Source: Octopus vulgaris
Lineage: Eukaryota
Length of the DNA: 64,000 nt
Direction of reading: 5' to 3'
NCBI GenBank assembly: GCA_951406725.2
Contig: OX597819.1
Location: forward strand, 134,106,001-134,170,000
Part shown: piece by piece, positions 1-9,287 of the stretch
How positions within the stretch are numbered: the first letter of the stretch is position 1
Layout of the letters: each line of letters starts with the position of its first letter
The notes under the pieces: model-generated
The model's database searches: none
Told to the model about the DNA's origin: nothing
The model's input: only the letters and a program-made list of their open reading frames with translations
Position numbers and translations under genes: made by a program

Positions 1-835
1 TGAGCACTGTTATACAAAGAAATAATTAGACTAAAATATCATAAAAATTATTAGAATTGGGAATGAAATGCGAAAATATTATCGAGAGGCTAGCAGAAAA
101 CCGCCCGGAATGCGGTCTTTCTTCTAGTACATACAATGAATATGACGACTTTCTGGAATACATGTTTAGCTACTGGTATACCGTACAATTTTGCTCGCTT
201 GAACCAACGAAAAGTACAATGATATCAAACCAAATTAGCCACTTTATTTCGCTTTTATTTGATATTTTAATTTTAAAATCTACAAGTTGTATATTTTACA
301 ACAGGTGTATGAACGTAACATAATGATTCAAAACATAAAACTAAACTTTGTGTCTACTTATCCAAGCTATAATAAAACAGCATTAGCTACAATGTTATAG
401 CTCAATTTGTGTTTCTCCTTTTGTGTATCGTATCCTATTTATTTCTCAATTATTATAAAAACATTTGCTTTGAAAATTCAGATCAAATAAAACTGGACTT
501 TCATACTAATTTGCTGCAAGTGAGAGCTCTGATATTAATTTCTCTATTTAATAATGTTTTTATTAGTTTCATAGACTCAAGAATCGACGTTGACAGAATA
601 GGAAATTGCAATAATATCTTAAATTTGTTGCATTAACTGTTCAATTTATATTGAAGTAAGTTTTATATATTTATCGTGACGTTTATAAATGCAATAAGAA
701 TTTCGTAAATGTGATTGCTAAGCGTTCTCCTCGTTAAAATATCAGAATAAAGTAATTCAGCATATTTAGAGAAAATAATTCTAGAAATATTTAACTCCAC
801 TTTCGAATATATTCTCTGAAAACAGATTTATATAA

Positions 836-915
836 TCTTTTACTTGTTTCAGTCATTGGACTGCGGCCATGCTGGGGCGTTACCTTAAAGGATTTAGCCG
901 AACAAATCGGCTGTA
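836..915 (-). mobile_element. 3' fragment of tRNA-derived SINE (family A)
   Basis: Reverse complement reads CCCCAGCATGGCCGCAGTCCAATGACTGAAACAAGTAAAAG, matching the 3' ends of the copies at 1154-1545 and 14888-15265. Confidence 0.75.
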
Positions 916-1153
916 TTTTAGATAATCAACCAATGGAAAACAAAGAACAACCGAGAGAAGGCGTGTGTGCATATGAGTGTACATATTTGTGAGTGTGCGC
1001 GCATAAATGTGCAAAAAGCGATTCCTTCAGACGTGTATTCAATACACGGCTCTGTTTTACATTTACCGTTATCTTCATGTCTTTCATATCATTGAAGCTG
1101 AATTGCAACAGTAAGGTTCCTAAATCCCTCATCAATGTTTCCAGGTCTTTAAA

Positions 1154-1545
1154 GGTGCAGGTATGGCGGTGTTGTAGGAAGTTTGCTTCCCAACCACATA
1201 GTTCTGGTTTCAGTCCCACTGCGGGACACCTTGTGCAAGTGTCATACATTATAGCCTAGGGCCGACCAAAGCCTTGTGAATGGATCCGGTAAACGGAAAC
1301 TGAAAGAAGCCCGCCGTATATAGATATGCGTTTTGTGTCTATGTTCCCATCACCGCTTGACAGCCGATGTAGGTTTGTTTACGTCCCTGTAACTTAAGCA
1401 ATTCGGCAGAGGCCGATAGAATAAGTACCTGGCTCAAAAACCTAAGTACTAGGATCGATTCATTCGACTAAAAAATTTTTCAATGCGGTGCTCCAGCATG
1501 GCCGAAGACTAATGCCTGAAGCAAGTAAAAGACAAAAAGATAAGT
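1154..1545 (+). mobile_element. tRNA-derived SINE (family A), near full length
   Basis: tRNA-like head (TGGCGGTGTTG...GGTTTCAGTCCC), CORE-like CACCTTGTGCAAGTGTC, central GAAACTGAAAGAAGCCC, and tail CCAGCATGGCC...AAGTAAAAGA. Colinear with 14888-15265. Confidence 0.8.
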
Positions 1546-2059
1546 TCATCTTCTGGATGAAGTAATTTTAACATTTCGTAGAAGATTCTACAAATGCCAA
1601 ACCTACCAAACAAAATATATTTTTTTAAAAGTACTAAGTTTGCACGTTAGAAAAGTACAAGATGCGATTTTGTACCGAAAAATAACGAAATAGAAACTCA
1701 AAACTCATCACTTTTTACAGACACTGAACTCACAGTTCACTTCAGCATTTTTAATCCACAAACTTGTCGGAAATGTAACCTACCACCATCGCCGATTTTA
1801 ATTGGTATCTTTGCTCCACAAAATCTTAGGTTTCTTTCTATTGAGTTACTTTAAACGAATATAAGTGATAAGCAAGTCAATTCCTGTTATCATGAGTGAC
1901 TTATTCCAAAATACTGAAAGTTAACACAACTAAATTACTCCAAGTCTGTACGGACAGAGCTCGCATTTCTTCACCTTTGTCCTATCTACTTACGACAATT
2001 CTCCTCCTCTTCCCATTATATTTGCTCTCAATACTTCTGCGCACACTTCAACTAAACGT

Positions 2060-3090
2060 CTATACACACATTCTGCAGATATTCGTTGCACTTGTGTGGT
2101 ATATACTCTTTTTCACTGAGTTGGTATTCAATGCCTGATCCTGGGCAGCGATGATTATGCTTTCAGTATTCTTTTTTAGGTCACCCTTGTTAAGCCACCT
2201 CCATGATGTTTCCTGGTCTTTTAATTTGTTGGTTTCACGGTGGAACTGACCATGTAATTCCATGCGGAGTAGGGTTTCTTCTCTCTCGTTGGCTGTTCTT
2301 GATCGGAATTCACGAGCACTCTCAAGTCCATTTTTGGTAAACCCTTCTGCATTAACAGTATACTGTAGGAGGTCTTCTTTGCTGTTTAGCAAATATTCTG
2401 CCAGGTTTCTTCTTTCACTGTTGATGCCCTCCCGTACACTAATCAGCTTACGTCCACCTTTACCCCTCTTCATGAAGAGCCTGTGTACATTCGCCTGAAG
2501 GTGGAGGGCACCACGCATTGTCAATGTCTTTCGGGTATTTTGATCGAGTTGGTCAATCTCTGCTTGTGTCCATTTCTGGATGGGTGCACTACAGCGAACT
2601 ACAGCAACAGCCCATATGTTGATGGCAGTCACAGGGTTCCTTGAGTTGGGCTTTGATTTCAAGAGAAGTTTGAGGCCCTTGAAATATGCAGTGACGTCCT
2701 TGTCTTTCATTTCTCGGTGCAAGATATTGTCCAGTTCCAGGATCCCAAAGCACTTGTACCCATCATCATCCCGGTCTTCCATTCTCTCCGTTTGGCAATT
2801 CTATGTCCTTATAATCTGCCCCTTTTCCCCGTTTCAAAGTGAGCATCGCACACTTCGAGATACCGAATTCCATCTCTCTATCCTTACTGCACAAGCGCAC
2901 AGTCTCAACCAACCTCTCCATTACAGGATCTGTTTTTGCGAACAGTTTTAAATCATCCATGAAGAGAAGGTGGTTGAGACGAGGTCCTTTCTTTCTCAGC
3001 TCGTAGTGCGCGTTGACTTTGCGTAGGACAAGAGAAAATGGAATCAAGGCTATATCAAAGGTGAACAAGAGTCTCCCTAGAAGATACTTT
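2060..3090 (-). pseudogene. R4/Dong reverse transcriptase C-terminal half and thumb (ORFs 2766-3068 and 2060-2782)
   Basis: FMDD catalytic motif; frameshift between the two ORFs near 2770. Confidence 0.8.
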
Positions 3091-4500
3091 TTTTTTTGTT
3101 ACCTCGGCTAACTGCCGGTTGTTACAGAGAATACGTTTTCCAACTGGGCATGCTGTTCTTAATCAGTGCGCACGAGTCCTCAGCTATTCCGCATATGTCC
3201 GTCTGCTTTCCTCTCTATTTTTTTCCAACTGGTTCACCTACTAAAATTGAAGCTGATCTGATCAAGTCCCTTGTTTCTGTTCGATCTTTTGTCAGAATGT
3301 GTTTCAGAATCTCATCAACTTTTTGGTTCGCGCGCATTGTTGCAGTCGAAGCTTCTCAGATTCATCCGCGTGATCTCTGTTCTTGTAACTATTATATCCT
3401 CGAGTCTTAACCTGAGGTTTCTCTGTTCCTCAGTCATATCCTCTCGTAATACAGGGTTTTCTATATTATATTGATTGGCCGACCTCTTCTCAGCTACTGC
3501 TTCACCATGCTATGCATTCGCTGACCTTCACCTAAATTATTCCCCTCGAGGTTATCACCACTACGGAGACTTTTCCTAATTGTCTGAATCTGGGCCTCAT
3601 TAAGAAAACTTCTATTCCGAATTATTCTTGTTTGATTTTCAGTAATCTGGAACATGCCCAGCTGGTTCCAAGGTTCTGATGATCTTTTCCCGACAGCTTT
3701 ACATTTGCCATTGTTTTTGTCTATCAAGGCTTGTTCATGGCACTTGTTTCACTTTCTGTTCATATCAACAGACCACTTGCATTTGCGAGCACACTGCATA
3801 TTTTGACCAGTAAAAGGACTACGTCTGGGTGGAGCCTAGTCTTCCGCGTCATTGCCTTCTTAGGGGTCCTACCGGGCGCAGGAGATCTGGTGTCTTGGAC
3901 ATCCAGTAGTCTTCTCGTTCATACAGTTTTGGGGTTTGAAATTGTTGCTGTCTTTGCAAAGAATGAGAATGATTTTTTTAGAGGGTTTGCTTCCCGGGTG
4001 TGTTTGAGATTTTCATTTAAAGGGTTACCCGGCCAAGGCTTTGGGATGCCAAGTTCGCCCTGTGTAACTTGCCGCAGGCCTCCCAAAGACGTAAAGGTTA
4101 CACTGGCCTATGCAGGGCCCGGGTGGCACCAATTCCCTGTACTGTTTACATGGATAGTCGCATATAGATTTACACTACCTGATCTGTCCTTCCTTTGCGA
4201 TGTTAGATGCGATTTGAAAGTGATGTAACTACTCTTTCTATCATGCCGAATGACTTTTCAGAGTCTATTGCTCACTTGTAATCTTCTTCGGTGGACAGGT
4301 TCAGTGTATGAAGACCAAGACCGTTGTCCTTCTGTAGCCACGGTATTGCTTTTGTCACTAGCTAGGCTATGTTCTCAAACCACAGGATCCGAGAGGGATG
4401 GGTTGGTTGACAAGTTGTCATTGCTTCCTGTGTTATTGTTGTTGTCTTTGCCTGGGCAGCCTTCCATCGCCGTTTTCAATTGCTGCCTTTATTATTCAAT
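2060..4500 (-). mobile_element. Decayed R4/Dong-clade non-LTR retrotransposon, internally deleted and 3'-truncated
   Basis: Frameshifted motifs SIF*GDS, NHLLFMDDLKLFAK (RT), MEFGISKCA, YKCFGILE, GGRKLISV, LHGQF, SWRWL, ESIIIAAQDQAL and CRMC (start of the CCHC knuckle), typical of R4/Dong. The 5' side abuts a (TAG)n tract. Confidence 0.8.
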
Positions 4501-4506
4501 CTATGT

Positions 4507-4644
4507 GTAGTAGTAGTAGTAGTAGTAGTAGTATCAGCGGTGACAACAACAGCAGTAGTAGTAAAATGGCTTGTTGGCTGGCTGAATCGGATTTGTACTT
4601 AAGCCTTATGTCGTGTCACGAGTAGTAGTAGTAGTAGTAGTAGT
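4507..4644. repeat. (TAG)n microsatellite tracts
   Basis: Two runs of tagtagtag at about 4507-4533 and 4621-4644. Confidence 0.9.
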
Positions 4645-4849
4645 GGAGCTTGGTTTTCCTGTGTCATCAGGAAACAAAAGAAGTGTCACACCCTTGCAGT
4701 CAGTAGAAGTCAAATGTGTTTACAACTACTAGCGATCAATGAGAGCTGAAGTTGGCCTTGGAAAGGATCAACTCACCTTTTCTGTTTTTAATTACTGATA
4801 GAAAAAATTATATACTGATATTTACATCATTGAATTTTCTTTTCATAGG

Positions 4850-5774
4850 TTTTGCAGTGTTTAGAAGAAAGGTGTGTAGCGTGTGATCATCGCACTGACC
4901 ATGACAAAATTGTCGTGGTGATATCTGCTCAGAGGCCAATGCAGAGTTGCAGAAAGTGTATGGAGAGGAGTCGCATACAAGTGTACGAGTATGGAGAGGA
5001 GTCGCATACAAGTGTACGAGTATGGAGAGGAGTCGCATACAAGTGTACGAGTATGGAGAGGAGTCGCATACAAGTGTACGAGTATGGAGAGGAGTCGCAT
5101 ACAAGTGTACGAGTATGGAGAGGAGTCGCATACAAGTGTACGAGTATGGAGAGGAGTCGCATATAAGTGTACGAGTATGGAGAGGAGTCGCACGCAAGTG
5201 TACGAGTGATTCAGACGTCTACAAGATGGACGGAAAATGTCGATATTGACGAACGTTCCGGGAGACCAGCAACCAGCAGAACTGAGAAAAATATCGCAGC
5301 TGTGCGTACAGCAGTGAGGGGAAATTGTCACACCACCATCCGAGAGTTATCAAATGTGCAGATTAGTTACGGTTCAATCCAGTCCGTTACCACTGAAGGT
5401 TTGAGTATGATACGCGTGACTGCCAAGTTTGTGCAAAAACTGCTTTCAGCTGACCAAAAAGACATTCCGGTTTCAGTTGCACAAGATCTCCTTATTTGGA
5501 GAACGATGAAAACTTTCCGAAGACGTCTGAGCAGTTATTGCTAAGCTGTTGACAAAATTTTATGCAGATTCTCTGCTCAACTTTCTCTGTCGTGGTGAAT
5601 GTGACGATCACACGCTACACACATTCCTTCCAAGCACTGCTGTAAACAGCGGATGTGAGCTAGAACGTTAAAACTTAATGCGCATACACAGAAGAATTTA
5701 AGGTCAATTTACTCTCCGTGCTTTAGCTTCGTTAACATGGCAACAGTTTGGATACTGATTGGTCAGACCACGTA
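4850..5774 (+). mobile_element. Deleted, fold-back mariner element with N-terminal transposase remnant
   Basis: Translates as LQKVYGEE..SRTQVYE..DERSGRP..TIREL..ISYGSIQS..VTAKFVQKLLS (Mos1-type HTH and linker). 4850-4910 is an imperfect inverted copy of 5587-5645. The right end is a mariner-like terminus GGATACTGATTGGTCAGACCACG-TA. Confidence 0.8.
4958..5207 (+). repeat. 31-bp minisatellite, 8 copies (GTATGGAGAGGAGTCGCATACAAGTGTACGA)
   Basis: Units start at 4958, 4989, 5020, 5051, 5082, 5113, 5144 and 5175. Copies 1-6 are identical, 7 and 8 have substitutions, and there are no spacers. Confidence 0.95.
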
Positions 5775-5827
5775 TATTGGCAGTAGCTTATCTCCTTGGT
5801 TTTTTATCGTGCGTTTGATAGTGTTGT

Positions 5828-6155
5828 TGCAATAAAAGTTATGTTTACATATTCGAATAGAAAAGAATAAAAGTTTCACAGGAAATTGTAGTTATTAAAA
5901 TTTTTGAATTTTCTAAAGATGATCGTTTGTGTGTCCGACCAGAGAAAATTGCAGGGTTCTTGCAATAAAAGGATGTTCACATTTTCGAATACTCAGGGAG
6001 AAAGGAAAGGATAGATATGCACAGAAAGTTGTAGATATTAAAGTTTCAAGATTTTAAAAGATGATTGTTTGTGTTCAGCGAGAGACAATTGTAGATATGC
6101 AAGTTTTTAAACTTATTTTCAAGGAAATTTAAAATACTCACAGGAAATTGTAGAT
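5828..6155. repeat. Degenerate tandem duplication of about 130 bp (2 copies plus a partial)
   Basis: TTGCAATAAAAG..ATGTT.ACAT.TTCGAATA and CACAG.AA.TTGTAG.TATTAAA..AAAGATGAT.GTTTGTGT each occur twice. Confidence 0.6.
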
Positions 6156-6320
6156 ATGACGGCTTTATTTTTTTTTTGGGGGGGGGGTCTTTTCTCAGTT
6201 CTGCTGTGTTGTATTAGTGTTTCTGTGTCTTCGGCTGCCCATTGGCCAGAGCAGCGAAGAACGCGTCCAATCGCTGTCAAGGCTAGCGCTCTTATTATTA
6301 TTATTATTATTATAATTAAA

Positions 6321-6540
6321 GTGGTGAGCTGGCAAGATCGTTAGTACGTCGGGCGAAAGGCTTAGCGATATTTCGTCTATTGTTACGTTCTAAATTCAAA
6401 TTCCGCCGAAGTCGATTTTGCGTTTCATCCTTTCGGGGTCGATAAAATAAGTATCAGTTGAACACTGGGGTCGATGTAATCGACTCATCCCATCCTCCCG
6501 AAAATTGCTGCCCTTGTGGCAAAATTTGAAACCATTATTA
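6321..6540 (+). mobile_element. tRNA-derived SINE with Nin-like core (family B)
   Basis: GGTGAGCTGGCA head, TTCAAATTCC B-box, TTTCATCCTTTCGGGGTCGATAAAATAAGTA core; flanked by (ATT)n. Confidence 0.85.
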
Positions 6541-6548
6541 TTATTATT

Positions 6549-7110
6549 ACTGAGAGAGAGAGTAGTGCATGCCATCAAAGTGACACTGGGGTAAAATATA
6601 CGAAGCCCAATATACCCATCATGACTATCCGTCTGATAAGGGTACACCAGGCACATACATCACAACCATATATGCGCGACATAGTGATCTCATATCAAGA
6701 TAAACAGCACACGACCTTGCAGGTGGGGCCCAGTTAGAATTTTCTTCTGGTTGAGTAGCCCATCCCGCTCAAAAGGTCCCTGAATAAGGATTGTTTAAGA
6801 ATGTTGAACGAAACACCGATGTTTCCAAAGGTGAATTATCCAAACCTCCAAGAATTCCTTTCAACACACGGCTATGATGCTCCCCCACTATTTCTGCTCG
6901 TGGTCAGATATGCACATATCGTCGGCCACCAAGAGACATGCTCAACTGGTTAAGGTCAAATAACTGACAAGCAAATCTGTGGTATTGAGCAGAATGTTTG
7001 CTGCAGCCCATCTTTTATACCAAGACAAAACAATGTACAGGATAACACTTCCAATCAGTTAAGATCAGAAGCCATGAGAGCCACTGCCTGGTACTGCATC
7101 AGGGCATTTT
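6549..7110 (-). mobile_element. Unclassified non-coding element of about 560 bp embedded in (TAA)n
   Basis: More GC-rich than its flanks, bounded on both sides by ATT/TAA tracts, no credible ORF. Strand assignment is tentative. Confidence 0.5.
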
Positions 7111-7113
7111 ATT

Positions 7114-7154
<41 letters not shown>

Positions 7155-7157
7155 GAA

Positions 7158-7590
7158 GGCGGCGAGCTGGCAGAACCGTCAGAACGCCGGGCGAAATGCT
7201 TAGTGACATTTCATTTGTCTTCATGTTCTGAGTTCAAATTCTGCCGAGGTCGAATTTGCCTTTCATCTTCTCGGGGTCGATAAAATAAGTACCAGTTGTG
7301 CACTGGGTCGATGTAATCGATTATCCCCACTCTCTCCAAATTTCAGGTCTTTTGCTTATAATAGAAGGGATTATTATCATTTCTGGTGTTGGCAGAATCG
7401 TTAGCACACCGGACAAAATGCTGATCGGTATTTCGTCCGTCTTTACGTTCTAAGTTCAAATAAGGTCGACTTTACTTTTCATCCTATTGGGGTCGATGAA
7501 ATATGTACCAGTCGAGCACTGAGGTTCAATGTAATCGATTAGTCCCCTCCCACGAAATTTCAGGCTTTGTACCTATAGTAGAAAGTATTA
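7158..7590 (+). mobile_element. Two head-to-tail family-B SINEs (about 7158-7372 and 7388-7590)
   Basis: Each has a TGGCAGAA head, GTTCAAAT, GGGGTCGAT core and TAGAA.G.ATTATT tail. Confidence 0.85.
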
Positions 7591-8122
7591 TTGTTTCTAA
7601 TTTCTATCAAACCCCTACAACACACTCCCTCGATCTGCAAGAACACAATCAGATTTTGTAATCTCATCCTCCTCTCTTCATCAGCAACAGAAATATCCTT
7701 GATAATCTGATGCAACCGCAAATGTCAATCTGAAATTACAACTATAAGATAGCAATTCAGCAACAACAACCAGTATTTCTTTGTTACCAGCACAAGAGAA
7801 ATCCACTTCGACAACTGAAACATGAAGAGACGAGAGAGCGGAATTTCAAATGAAGACCGCAAAAGATGAATGAGTAGACATCGGATGAGATACAGTTCTT
7901 AAATTTTGCATGAGAAACGATAGCAGCTGCGATGAAGCATTGGAAATTAACCATAAATGCCGGAAGTTTATGAACACATAACTAGAAGTATTTAGATTTT
8001 ACTTGTATTTAAGAGTAAACGAGAAGATTCCAGTGCTAATGGCACCTTGGTATAAATGCACACTTAATTGGGTCTTTCTCTATTTGATATATAAAATAAG
8101 AGGCAAAGTTTTCTTTATATTA

Positions 8123-8340
8123 AGGCAGCGAGCTAGCAGAATAGTTAGCACGCCGGACAAAATACTTAGCAGAATTCCACTCGACTTTACGTTCCCAGTT
8201 CAAAGCCGCCAGAGTCGACTTTGATTTTCATAATCTTAATATCGATAAAGTAAGTACCAATCGCGCACGGGGGGCATTATAATCGAATTACACGCTACCT
8301 AAAATTGCTGGCCTTGTGCTAAAATATAAGACCAGTATTT
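8123..8340 (+). mobile_element. Family-B SINE (diverged)
   Basis: GGCAGCGAGCTAGCAGAA..GTTCAAA..GTCGACTTTG..TAAGTACCA..GGCCTTGTGC. Confidence 0.75.
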
Positions 8341-8349
8341 TAAATAAAG

Positions 8350-8416
<67 letters not shown>

Positions 8417-8446
8417 TTTATATATATATTATTTAAATATATATAT

Positions 8447-8734
8447 ATCAAATTAAGCAACAAGTATATCTTCGGTAATTTGGTACGATCGTTTCATGCT
8501 ACATCATTTTATCAAACATTGTAAAATTGCTCAACATTTTAAAACTGATGTAATACTTACAATGTTTAATAAAATGATCTAGCATGAAACGATCGTACCA
8601 AATTACCGAAGATATACTTGTTGCTTATTTTGATTATAATCACCCCGTGGATTTATATGGATAGTACCATACAAAATTCTGGTGCATCTGACTTAAGTAC
8701 CATATTCATTTGAATCTAAATTTTGCTGAACTTA

Positions 8735-8735
<1 letters not shown>
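8447..8735. mobile_element. Fold-back element (78-bp inverted repeat) in (TA)n, Penelope pLTR-like
   Basis: Arms 8447-8524 and 8557-8634 match at 75 of 78 positions and each carries GAAAC-GATC-GTA. (TA)n on both sides. Confidence 0.6.
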
Positions 8736-8771
<36 letters not shown>

Positions 8772-8775
<4 letters not shown>

Positions 8776-9204
8776 TGTGTTGAGTTTATGGAAAGAAATC
8801 CTATAAAACTCAACAATTTAGTTAAAAATGGAGAAAAGTTGTTAAAATATATGATAATTTTAATTAATGCAGACAATCGTTTCGTATAGAGATATAAAAA
8901 TAATGCAAATTCAAGATTGAATTGAATAAATTAATTATATATCAATGTACTCTTCAGTGCAGGAAATCTAAACAAAATTTTTACAGTGAACTTGAGAAAG
9001 GAAATAGCAGAACAATAGAATCTAGGAATCGTTATGCGAAAGAGATGTGAGTCAAGTGAGGTACTAACTATAACTCTAACATCGAACTGGACTCGCATCT
9101 CTTTCTTATTAGGATAAATATGAATCTCCTAGATTCTATTCTTCTCTAATTTCCTTTTTCAAGTTCATTGTAAAAATGTTGTTTATACTTCCTTCACTGA
9201 AGAG
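8772..9204. mobile_element. Left part of a hammerhead-bearing fold-back (Penelope pLTR-like) element, interrupted by CR1
   Basis: 8950-9056 is an imperfect inverted repeat of 9087-9204, and the right arm resumes at 13275. Confidence 0.65.
8867..8962 (-). ncRNA. Minimal type-I hammerhead ribozyme-like motif
   Basis: Minus strand: TGCA-CTGAAGA-GTA...TAC-GAAAC-GATT-GTC-TGCA. Core intact, 4-bp stem I, long AT-rich stem II loop, 2-bp stem III with tetraloop. Confidence 0.55.
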
Positions 9205-9287
9205 TTAGTTAGTTAGTTAGTTAATTTGGCTCAAAAGCAAATAGCAAGGCCATGTTGGGGGACATGGAGTTAAGTACAGGGTGGTGT

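Noticed and set aside
3731-4228. 165-aa plus-strand ORF
   Set aside because: Antisense to the R4/Dong 5' region, with no motifs.
4958-5207. CRISPR-like array of 31-bp repeats
   Set aside because: Units are contiguous with no spacers, derive from mariner coding sequence, and no cas genes are present in this eukaryotic context.
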